Positions 35,578 to 43,177 of a stretch of 47,960 nt of DNA are shown here, in pieces. Position numbers and translations under genes: made by a program. The DNA is from a virus. Lineage: Duplodnaviria; Caudoviricetes. Each line of letters opens with the position of its first letter. Within the stretch, counting starts at the first letter, position 1. The stretch lies in the IMG/VR virus record IMGVR_UViG_3300013767_000053, positions 1 through 47,960 of that record; one strand, 5' to 3'. The notes under the pieces are model-generated. The model was not told the origin of the DNA. It worked only from the letters and a program-made list of their open reading frames with translations, and did no database searches.

Positions 35578-35922
35578 TCACAACTCCCGGATCGCCAGTA
35601 TCGCGGCGGCGGCGTAGTTGATGACGCCGAACAGTTCGGCCACGGCCGCGTCATGCTGCCCGCGATCGACCATGCGCGTTGCCTCGGCGGCCTTCTTCAT
35701 GATCTGTCCGGTGGGGTAGCCGACGCCGACCATGCGCGTAATTTGCATGGTCGGCTGCTCCAGGAATGGCGTGTCGTCATCGCCATGCCGGTCATGACCC
35801 TTTCCGCGCGCCGCGTGGGCGTGGGCGGCCTGGAGGACGCCGGCAAGGCTCCCATACATCGGATCGGAGATCACGGGGGTAGGGGTCTCGATGAGTGGGA
35901 TTATGACCGGGTCAGGCGTCAT
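35578..35922 (-). CDS. Conserved all-alpha phage protein
   Basis: GKG..RH…PF.EQP…GQ..KK..E…EL.G.INY.AAA motif. Confidence 0.7.
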   Translation of the reverse strand: MTPDPVIIPLIETPTPVISDPMYGSLAGVLQAAHAHAARGKGHDRHGDDDTPFLEQPTMQITRMVGVGYPTGQIMKKAAEATRMVDRGQHDAAVAELFGVINYAAAAILAIREL

Positions 35923-36127
35923 GGTGGCTCCTCAGTTTCTTCGACGTCGATTTGATCGCGCCCCACGCCAGATAGTTCGAGGTGTCGGCCGCGAGCGATC
36001 CGATCGCAAGCTTGTCGAGGTTGTCGGCGAGGCTACGGAGTTGATCGGCGGCGCTCTTGAGCCCCGCCTTGTCAGTCATCCGGATTTCGATGCGCGCGAA
36101 ATCCGGGGTGCTGTATCCCTCGGACAT
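35912..36127 (-). CDS. Hypothetical protein (71 aa)
   Basis: Coupled to the recT stop. Confidence 0.6.
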   Translation of the reverse strand: MSEGYSTPDFARIEIRMTDKAGLKSAADQLRSLADNLDKLAIGSLAADTSNYLAWGAIKSTSKKLRSHHDA

Positions 36128-37077
36128 TAGATGTCATCTCCCGGTTGCGGGCCTTCGTTGGCGAAGCACGGATCGCCGCTGTCGGGGCCGTCGTCCTGGT
36201 CGATGATCTCGCCCGTGTCCGGATCGTACGGCGGCTCGGCCTGCGGCTTGGCCTTGGCCGGCGTCACGTCCTTGAGCGCTGCCGCCGCGCCGCCGCGCTT
36301 TTTCGGGGCGGCGAACTGCGTGGCGGGCGGGGTCTCGGCCGGCTCGGCCGGCTGCTCGAACGAATAGTCATCATCGATCCGCTCGGCTGCTTGGTGGAAG
36401 GCGTCGCGATCGGTGCTGCTCGGAAGATACTTGCTGATCCGGCGAAACACAGTTTTGCGCGCCATTTCCGCCCAATCGGTTGACCACGGCGTTGACTTGA
36501 TCCTGCCGGCCTTGAACGCCTTGTAGGCGTCGGAGCGGTCGCGGATCGCGTTCACGTCCTTGACGTTCATGACTTCATGGACGATGCCGCCGCTGACAAG
36601 TTCGGCGATCGCATAGACTGCATAGGCGTCGCCGCGATCCTTGCTGTGATCGACCTTGTGAGTGATCGGTTTCTTCGAGTTCGTCGGCTCGTGCTTGAAA
36701 TAGTCGCTTGCGCGGACGGGCTCGACGACGAGGCTTTTGATCTGGCCGCTCTGATAGGCGAGTTTCAAGATGCCGCGCATCATCGGGCGATACTGCACGT
36801 CGCCATTGTGATCGACTACAAGCGCAGCCTCGCGGCCGTCCAGGATCAGGCCGTCCGTCGCGGCCTTAGTGCAGGCGGCGAGAAGCGATTGCGGGTTCTT
36901 CACCTTGTCGATGTTGCGGGTCAGGGCGATGGCGGTCTGCGCGGTGCGGACAAACCGATCGGCGGTGATGTGTCCGGGCAACGCCTTCGCGAACTCGGGC
37001 GTCATGCGGACGAGGTGGTCGCGAAGCGTCGGCGGCTTTTTGTCAACTTGCGCTGGTAGGGTGGCGGTCTGGGCCAT
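36127..37077 (-). CDS. recT: RecT-family single-strand annealing protein
   Basis: ALPGHITADRFVR, GLILDGREAALV, PWSTDWAEMARKTVFRRISKYLP.S. Confidence 0.93.
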   Translation of the reverse strand: MAQTATLPAQVDKKPPTLRDHLVRMTPEFAKALPGHITADRFVRTAQTAIALTRNIDKVKNPQSLLAACTKAATDGLILDGREAALVVDHNGDVQYRPMMRGILKLAYQSGQIKSLVVEPVRASDYFKHEPTNSKKPITHKVDHSKDRGDAYAVYAIAELVSGGIVHEVMNVKDVNAIRDRSDAYKAFKAGRIKSTPWSTDWAEMARKTVFRRISKYLPSSTDRDAFHQAAERIDDDYSFEQPAEPAETPPATQFAAPKKRGGAAAALKDVTPAKAKPQAEPPYDPDTGEIIDQDDGPDSGDPCFANEGPQPGDDI

Positions 37078-37243
37078 TGTTGATTTCTTTCATCATGTCG
37101 GCGGCGCGGGATTGCACCATGCCGGTGGTGGAGGTGCTGAGAGAGGTGAGCACCATAACTGCGGTGGATCGGTCGCGATCAGGAGCGCGGCGATAGAAGT
37201 AAGCCGCGCTCCAGAATTGCCGCGCTGTGTCGGCGTCGGTCAC
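37043..37243 (-). CDS. Hypothetical protein (66 aa)
   Basis: GTGA-coupled to the recE stop. Confidence 0.5.
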   Translation of the reverse strand: MTDADTARQFWSAAYFYRRAPDRDRSTAVMVLTSLSTSTTGMVQSRAADMMKEINNGPDRHPTSAS

Positions 37244-38118
37244 GCCGCGACTTCCGCGTCCAGGTCGGACGGGGCCTCGGTGAGACGATAGTGCCAGCGC
37301 TTGAACGAAAGCTCCTGGACGCCTTCGCCGTATGCCGGCCAGCGGTTCGCCTTCCTGCACTCGGCATAGGTGTTGAGGGCTTTGCGCATGATGGCGCGGC
37401 CCTCCTCAACGATCGGCGGGGGCAGTTCATAGACGGCAAAGGCGTAGGGCGATTTCTTCTCCCACACCAGAAACGCGAAGCCTTCGACCTTCTGGCCGCA
37501 AGCGCCCCAGCCGTCCGAATAGAATGCCTCTTGCGAGTGATAGCCGTAGTTGATGACGCTGCGAGCGAAGGCGTCGGGGTGCGCGCTGAGGGCGGACTTG
37601 ACGTCGAGGACCAGCCTGATGTCTTTGCGGTAGAGGTCAGGACGGCAGCGGCAAAGCTCGCCGGTCTCCTCGTCGATCCAGAAGCCGGACGCCTCGACCA
37701 CGGGCTTGCCGCCAGTGATGATGCTATTGATCTTGGGGTCGGCGTGGATGCTATCGCGGATCGCGAGCACGTCGTCATAAGCGGACGCGATCAGGAGCGT
37801 TTTCTTCTCCATCGCGCAATATTCCTCGGCGTCCTTCCAGTTGTTGCCGCGCCGATTTTCCGGGCCGCGATGAACGGCCTGCTCGAACCGCTCGGGCTCA
37901 AGGATCGCGATATGTGCGGCCGTACCGAATGACTTCGCCGCAACCGCCTGGGTGGCTTCCTCGTCCTTCTCGGGCGGGAATTTGTAGTGAGCCGGGGACT
38001 GCTGGTCGATCGTCCAGAGACCGGACTTCGAAATGCCGGGGCCGGCGTGATACGCCTCGTTGTCGAGTTTGAGGTAAACGCCGGGCTTCATGCCGGGCGA
38101 GGTAGTCATGACGTTCAT
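37240..38118 (-). CDS. recE: RecE/exonuclease VIII-like PD-(D/E)XK nuclease
   Basis: YHAGPGISKSGL, FGTAAH.AILEP, CRCRPD, DVKS, YHSQEAFY. Confidence 0.9.
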   Translation of the reverse strand: MNVMTTSPGMKPGVYLKLDNEAYHAGPGISKSGLWTIDQQSPAHYKFPPEKDEEATQAVAAKSFGTAAHIAILEPERFEQAVHRGPENRRGNNWKDAEEYCAMEKKTLLIASAYDDVLAIRDSIHADPKINSIITGGKPVVEASGFWIDEETGELCRCRPDLYRKDIRLVLDVKSALSAHPDAFARSVINYGYHSQEAFYSDGWGACGQKVEGFAFLVWEKKSPYAFAVYELPPPIVEEGRAIMRKALNTYAECRKANRWPAYGEGVQELSFKRWHYRLTEAPSDLDAEVAA

Positions 38119-38140
38119 TGTTGCGATCTCCTGTTGCAGT

Positions 38141-38185
38141 GTTGCGAAGAACACAACAGTAGGCACAACAAATCACAACGGTCAA
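38141..38185 (-). promoter_or_regulatory. Operator GTTGCGAAGAACACAAC (38141-38157) and leftward promoter
   Basis: TTGACC (38185-38180), 18 nt, TACTGT. Confidence 0.7.
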
Positions 38186-38261
38186 GTCCAGAATTTCAGG
38201 AATTCAGGATGGCTAGCAGACCCCGTGAACCAAAGCGCCGCCGCACTTTGGGTACGTTGGG

Positions 38262-38906
38262 TTATGGAATGATCGCAATAACGGGTGTTGCGGTGTCGAG
38301 GGCAAACTCCTTGACCTTGCCATCGACGGAAACCACGCGCGCCTCTCCGGTCTTTCTTGCGCTCTCGATCTTCGCAATGATCTGGTCGCCATCATAGGAC
38401 CGGCAGATGGAGAGGACGCCGATCGCCGTGCGCTCTACGCCTTCGGTATGCCCGAACAGAACAACGGCGTCATCCATGAAGGCGAGGGGGCCGCTGGATG
38501 CTCGGATTTGCGCGGCTAGAATGCGGGTTCCGCCGCCCTGGTCTCGGATCGATATAGCCGCGTTGGCGCGGTCTATGATGGCCTGTGGCAAGGGGCGCGG
38601 CTCCTTGAGCCGTTCGAGTTGTCCCCGCCCGTTGATGCCAGCCGCGAGCATAATTCGCGTCGGCAGTCCGTCGAGGTCAACTGAAACCCCGGCGTGCTTG
38701 AGAACTTCGGCGACCGGAGTTCCCAGAAAATGTGCTATTTGGCTAGCCTCTGTCATTTTCATTTTACGCGCCCCAGCAAACATGCGCGAGACGGCAGAAA
38801 CATCTATGTGCATATGCTTAGCCAGCCCCCGCATGGACTTGTCCGTTTCTTCCAGCTTCTTGGTGAACCACTCCCCGTTGATCTCCCGAACGTTTGATTT
38901 CGGCAT
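38262..38906 (-). CDS. CI-like repressor (XRE HTH plus degenerate S24-like C-domain)
   Basis: SMRGLAKHMHIDVSAVSRMFAGARKM…IAHFLG; GGAGG RBS; divergent from the cro-like gene. Confidence 0.85.
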   Translation of the reverse strand: MPKSNVREINGEWFTKKLEETDKSMRGLAKHMHIDVSAVSRMFAGARKMKMTEASQIAHFLGTPVAEVLKHAGVSVDLDGLPTRIMLAAGINGRGQLERLKEPRPLPQAIIDRANAAISIRDQGGGTRILAAQIRASSGPLAFMDDAVVLFGHTEGVERTAIGVLSICRSYDGDQIIAKIESARKTGEARVVSVDGKVKEFALDTATPVIAIIP

Positions 38907-38963
38907 TTGCCGCCTCCAATAGGTACGCCACTATTTACTTTTGACCCTGTTATGAGGCGATTT

Positions 38964-38980
38964 GTTGCACGTTCCGCAAC
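38964..38980. promoter_or_regulatory. Operator-like GTTGCACGTTCCGCAAC upstream of cI
   Basis: Same 17-bp GTTG…CAAC geometry. Confidence 0.6.
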
Positions 38981-39163
38981 AAGACACAACGGGGCGCAGT
39001 TCCACCACAATCCTGTCTATGAGTCTTGCTAGTTGCGGAACATGAAATTCCTCAACCTATGCGCGGCTGCTTTGACGCATGGGATTTGCGGTAACATTCT
39101 ATCTGCACAACTTGACGTTGCCTGAATCGAGAGAATATCCGCGAGTTATCAACTGTCCGCGCC

Positions 39164-39206
39164 TTGACGTTGTGAAAATCACAACGTATGTTGCGATATC
39201 AGCATC
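39164..39206 (+). promoter_or_regulatory. Early lytic promoter with tandem operators
   Basis: TTGACG-N17-TATGTT; operator 39169-39185 fills the spacer; second operator GTTGCGATATCAGCATC at 39190-39206. Confidence 0.8.
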
Positions 39207-39224
39207 ATAAGGGGCGATCTTAAA

Positions 39225-39452
39225 GTGAAGCCAGCCGAGCCGGTCACGCCATGGCAGCGTGTCTTTGCCAAATTTGGCATGTCTCCATCCGCGTTCGCAC
39301 GGGCCATCAATCGACACCGCTCCAAGGTGAGCCGGGCGCTCAGTGACCCCAAGGGACTGATCAATGGCCGCGATCAAGAGTTGCTGCTTGAGACCGCGCA
39401 ATCGCTGAACATCCGCCTGTCCGCCGACGACATGATGCCGAGGCGCAAATGA
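39225..39452 (+). CDS. Cro-like HTH protein
   Basis: FGMSPSAFARAINRHRSKVSRAL…GLI; divergent from cI. Confidence 0.8.
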   Translation: MKPAEPVTPWQRVFAKFGMSPSAFARAINRHRSKVSRALSDPKGLINGRDQELLLETAQSLNIRLSADDMMPRRK

Positions 39453-39661
39453 GCGAGCGCCCACCGATGAGCATCGGTCAGCAGGCGGATTTCCTTGAAT
39501 ACCTGCTTAACCGCACCACGGCGCGCGACGATCGGGTGGCGGCGGAAACCCTGTTCTGGCTCTCGGCCGAGGAGGTCGCGGACATGCAAGCGCTGGCTTC
39601 GCGGCTGCGGCGGATGGCTCCGCATGAGAATGAGATTCGGCGGATGGTGGCTGGCCGGTGA
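39449..39661 (+). CDS. Hypothetical protein (70 aa)
   Basis: Coupled at both ends. Confidence 0.6.
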   Translation: MSERPPMSIGQQADFLEYLLNRTTARDDRVAAETLFWLSAEEVADMQALASRLRRMAPHENEIRRMVAGR

Positions 39662-40086
39662 ATGATCCCATCTGGTACATCACGAAAGACGGCGACCGTT
39701 CCTGTCTCCGACTGTTCCGGCGACACTACTCCTGCCGCAACAAGCGACCGAAACAGGGACAGTTCGTCGGCCCCGGCGAACACGTCGTCTTGCGCACCGA
39801 TCGCGGCGATGCCGTCTTTGTTTGGCGCGCTGCCGAATTCCGACGCGACGGGCAAGAGGGGATCGAGTGCTCGTTGTTCCGAAACGAAAGCGAGTACCGA
39901 TCGTCAGACCTTATCGGACAGGCTGACGCCATCGCTGATTTCTGCTGGCCTAATCGCCGGCACTACACCTTTGTCGATCAGGCGGCTGTCCGGAGTAGCA
40001 ATCCGGGATATTGCTTCCTTGCCGCTGGGTGGCATCGCTGCGGGTACACGGGGAACAAACTCGTGATCCTGGAGCGATTGCCATGA
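39658..40086 (+). CDS. Mom/XF1762-like GNAT-fold protein
   Basis: RRHYS N-terminal motif and YTFVD…SNPGYCFLAAGW, resembling the Mom-family C-terminal motif. Confidence 0.6.
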   Translation: MNDPIWYITKDGDRSCLRLFRRHYSCRNKRPKQGQFVGPGEHVVLRTDRGDAVFVWRAAEFRRDGQEGIECSLFRNESEYRSSDLIGQADAIADFCWPNRRHYTFVDQAAVRSSNPGYCFLAAGWHRCGYTGNKLVILERLP

Positions 40087-41504
40087 GCAGCCTGATCCTT
40101 CGCCCCGACCAGGAGGACGTTCGCGCCAAGCTCCGCGTTGCGCTGCGCAAGTCGTCGTCCGTTCTGGTGTTCGCGCCTACCGGGTTCGGCAAGACGGTCC
40201 TGGCGGCGAAGCTGATCGAGCTTCTGTTCGCTGCGAAGAAGCGCGTGATCTTCTGCGTTCACCGCGTCGATCTGATTACGCAGACAGCCAAGACGTTCGA
40301 GCGCTGCGGCATTCCGTTTTCCTACATCGCGGCCGGCTACCACTATAACCCGCATCATCGGGTCTACATCGCTTCGATCGCGACGCTGAAAAACCGCCTC
40401 GGCAAAATCCCGGCCGATTACATCATGGTCGATGAGGCGCATCTGAGCGCCGCGAGCGGCTGGGCCAAGGTCGCGCACCACTACAAGGAAGCTGGCACGC
40501 GAGCCATCGGCCTGACCGGATCGCCAGAGCGTTTAGACGGCAAGCCGCTAGGCGACGTCTGGGATGAGATGGTCATGGGTCCATCTGTCCGGTGGCTGAT
40601 CGAGCAAGGGCACCTGTCGCGCTACCGGGCGTTCGCCCCTGCCGGTATCGATCTGGCGGGCATTCACTCCCGCAACGGCGATTATGTCGCCTCCGAGATT
40701 GATGACCTGATGTCGGGCAGGGCTGTCCTGGCCGGCGCGGTTCGTCACTGGCGGAAGTTCGCGGGCGGCAAGCGCACCATTGCGTTCGCGCCTTCGGTGG
40801 CTCGGGCCGAACAACTCGCCGCGGAGTTCCGGGCGAACGGCGTCATGGCTGTCGCGCTCGATGGCAACACGCCGCAGGATGATCGACGCTCCGCTTTCGT
40901 GGGCTTCGCCGACCGGCAGATTGACGTGATCGTGAACTGCCAATTGTTCTGCGAGGGCTTCGATCTCGCCGCGCAAGTCGATCGCGACGTGACCATTGAG
41001 GCGGTGTTGCAGTATTCGCCGACGCAATCGCTGGCGAAGCATCTGCAACAACTCGGGCGTGGCCTGCGCAAGAAGCCTGAGCCGGCGATCTTCCTCGATC
41101 TCGTCGGCAACCTCGCGCGGCTCGGCCTGCCTGACGATGAGCGCGAATGGTCGCTTGAGGGTCGCAAGAAAACCGGCCGTGAGGTCGAGGTCATGACGTG
41201 CTCGACCTGCTTCGCGACGCATGGGCCGGCGCGCTGCTGCCCCGAGTGTGGCCATGTCTATCCGGTGAAGGCGCGCGATGGGTTGGCGCAAGGCCGAATG
41301 CTCGATGAGGTCGAGGGCGAGCTTGAGGAAATCGATGTCGCGGCGGTGCGTCGCGAGCGGATGCGCGAACAGGGTAAGGCCGAAACGCTCGACGATCTGG
41401 TCAAACTCGCGATGGCGCGCGGGTACAAGCACCCGGAGAAATGGGCGGGTCACATTTTCACGGCGAGGCAAGTGAAGGTCTCGCAACGATATGGGGGAGC
41501 CTGA
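40083..41504 (+). CDS. SF2 DEAH helicase with C-terminal zinc finger
   Basis: APTGFGKT, DEAH, EGFD, QQLGRGLR, CSTC…CPECGH. Confidence 0.93.
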   Translation: MSSLILRPDQEDVRAKLRVALRKSSSVLVFAPTGFGKTVLAAKLIELLFAAKKRVIFCVHRVDLITQTAKTFERCGIPFSYIAAGYHYNPHHRVYIASIATLKNRLGKIPADYIMVDEAHLSAASGWAKVAHHYKEAGTRAIGLTGSPERLDGKPLGDVWDEMVMGPSVRWLIEQGHLSRYRAFAPAGIDLAGIHSRNGDYVASEIDDLMSGRAVLAGAVRHWRKFAGGKRTIAFAPSVARAEQLAAEFRANGVMAVALDGNTPQDDRRSAFVGFADRQIDVIVNCQLFCEGFDLAAQVDRDVTIEAVLQYSPTQSLAKHLQQLGRGLRKKPEPAIFLDLVGNLARLGLPDDEREWSLEGRKKTGREVEVMTCSTCFATHGPARCCPECGHVYPVKARDGLAQGRMLDEVEGELEEIDVAAVRRERMREQGKAETLDDLVKLAMARGYKHPEKWAGHIFTARQVKVSQRYGGA

Positions 41505-41839
41505 TGATGAGCATCACCAAACCGATCGAGTGCCCGTGTTGCAAACAGTCCGTGCGCGCCCCGTCGCTGGATATCGTGATCGACCATTACAAGGTCACGC
41601 CGCTGGAGGCGCGCATTCTCGGCGTGATCTGGAGGGGAAAAGGTCATCCGGTCCAGACGGAAAGAATTTTCGATGCGATGTACGTTGACGATCCCGATGG
41701 CGGGCCGTCGCCGACACGCATGTATGCCGCGTTCAAAGTCGCGCTGTGCCATCTGCGCGCGCGGCTGAGTGGTTCCGGCGTCTCGATCGAGAACGTCGGT
41801 TATCGCCGGGGGTACCGGCTTGTCATGGGAGCAAAGTGA
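41504..41839 (+). CDS. OmpR/PhoB-type winged-helix regulator with N-terminal CPCC
   Basis: VTPLEARIL…KVALCHLRARL…IENVGYRRGYRL. Confidence 0.75.
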   Translation: MMSITKPIECPCCKQSVRAPSLDIVIDHYKVTPLEARILGVIWRGKGHPVQTERIFDAMYVDDPDGGPSPTRMYAAFKVALCHLRARLSGSGVSIENVGYRRGYRLVMGAK

Positions 41840-41840
41840 A

Positions 41841-42359
41841 ATGGCTGGACATCTCAATCAGGTGCAGTTGATCGGCAACGTCGGCGCTGATCCGGAAATC
41901 AAGACGTTGCAGAGTGGCGCAGTGGTCGCGAACTTTTCGATCGCGACGTCTGAAAGCTGGAAGGACAAGGCGACGGGCGAGAAGAAAGAGCGCACCGAAT
42001 GGCACCGCATCGTCGTTTGGAACGAGGGCCTTTGCAGCGTCATCGAGCAGTATGTTCGCAAGGGCAGCAAGGTGTTCGTCCAGGGCGAGTTACAAACCCG
42101 CGAGTGGGAAAAGGACGGTGACAAACGCTATTCGACTGAGATTGTGCTGACCGGGTTCAAGGCGAACCTGATTCTGCTCGGCGACGGCGGCGGGCGCAAA
42201 GCCTCCGATACCAAGGGCAACGCGGAGCGGCCGGGCAATAGCTACGCCGACGCGACGGGCAAGACGCCGCGCGAGGAAGGCCACAGCGGCGTGGCTCCGC
42301 GCAACTCGGGCGGCATCACGTCGGGCCGCCAACACGTTGACGACGATATCCCGTTCTAA
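41841..42359 (+). CDS. ssb: Single-stranded DNA-binding protein
   Basis: LNQVQLIGNVGADPE…TEWHRIV…DDDIPF. Confidence 0.95.
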   Translation: MAGHLNQVQLIGNVGADPEIKTLQSGAVVANFSIATSESWKDKATGEKKERTEWHRIVVWNEGLCSVIEQYVRKGSKVFVQGELQTREWEKDGDKRYSTEIVLTGFKANLILLGDGGGRKASDTKGNAERPGNSYADATGKTPREEGHSGVAPRNSGGITSGRQHVDDDIPF

Positions 42360-42370
42360 GGTCAACGCCC

Positions 42371-42724
42371 ATGCCGGTCTATGTCGATCCTGCTCAGTGG
42401 CCATTCCGCGGCATGCTGATGTGCCACATGTGGGCGGACACTGACGCCGAACTGCTCGCGATGGCGGACACGATCGGCGTGCAGCGGAAGTGGATACAGG
42501 GGCATCCAACGCTTTCCTTTGGGAAGCATAGGAATGCATCCTGGGTCCACTTCGATATTGCCAAAAGCAAGCGTTCGCTTGCCGTCAAGAATGGCGCGAT
42601 CGAGACGGATGAATATGGTCCGCTCGAACATGAGGCCAAGCTTGATATCGCCTCGGACGCCCCGGCTCGCATCGCGCGCGGGCGGAAGCGCCTGGAGCGG
42701 ATCGCCGGGGCGAGGGCGATCTGA
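42371..42724 (+). CDS. DUF4031-family protein
   Basis: VYVD…MCHMWADT..EL..MA..IGVQRKWIQ…HFDI.KSKR.LAV..GA. Confidence 0.8.
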   Translation: MPVYVDPAQWPFRGMLMCHMWADTDAELLAMADTIGVQRKWIQGHPTLSFGKHRNASWVHFDIAKSKRSLAVKNGAIETDEYGPLEHEAKLDIASDAPARIARGRKRLERIAGARAI

Positions 42725-43104
42725 TGGCCGAGGGCGACCTTATGCGCCGGTTACAGATCCTCGCCTCGAACTTCGGGGCGAGGCTCTTTCGGCAGAACAC
42801 GGGCATGGCTTGGGTCGGCAACGTCACGCGCAACCGTGACGGCTCGATCACAATCCGCAACCCGCGGCCGTTCCATGCCGGCGTCACTGGCATGTCCGAT
42901 CTCGGCGGCTGGGTGCCGGTCCAGGTGACGCCCGATATGGTCGGGTCAACCGTTGCGATCTATGCCCAAGTCGAGGTCAAGGAAAATGGCCGGCCGACGA
43001 AAGAGCAAATCGCGTGGATCGATGCCGTCAACAAGGCGGGCGGCCGGGCGGGGATTGCTCGCAACGACAAAGAGTTATCCGAGATAATTCGCGGGCAACG
43101 CTGA
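42724..43104 (+). CDS. VRR-NUC domain nuclease
   Basis: LFRQNTG, GMSDL.G, EVK..GRPTKEQ…GG.AGIAR. Confidence 0.88.
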   Translation: MAEGDLMRRLQILASNFGARLFRQNTGMAWVGNVTRNRDGSITIRNPRPFHAGVTGMSDLGGWVPVQVTPDMVGSTVAIYAQVEVKENGRPTKEQIAWIDAVNKAGGRAGIARNDKELSEIIRGQR

Positions 43105-43131
43105 ATTTCACTTGACGTTTACGGCTCGCAT

Positions 43132-43148
43132 GTTGTGATTAACGCAAC
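43132..43148. promoter_or_regulatory. Operator GTTGTGATTAACGCAAC upstream of the primase
   Basis: Consensus match; TTGACG at 43112-43117. Confidence 0.72.
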
Positions 43149-43177
43149 ACGCAAATCACTCCGCAAGGGTAGCAATC

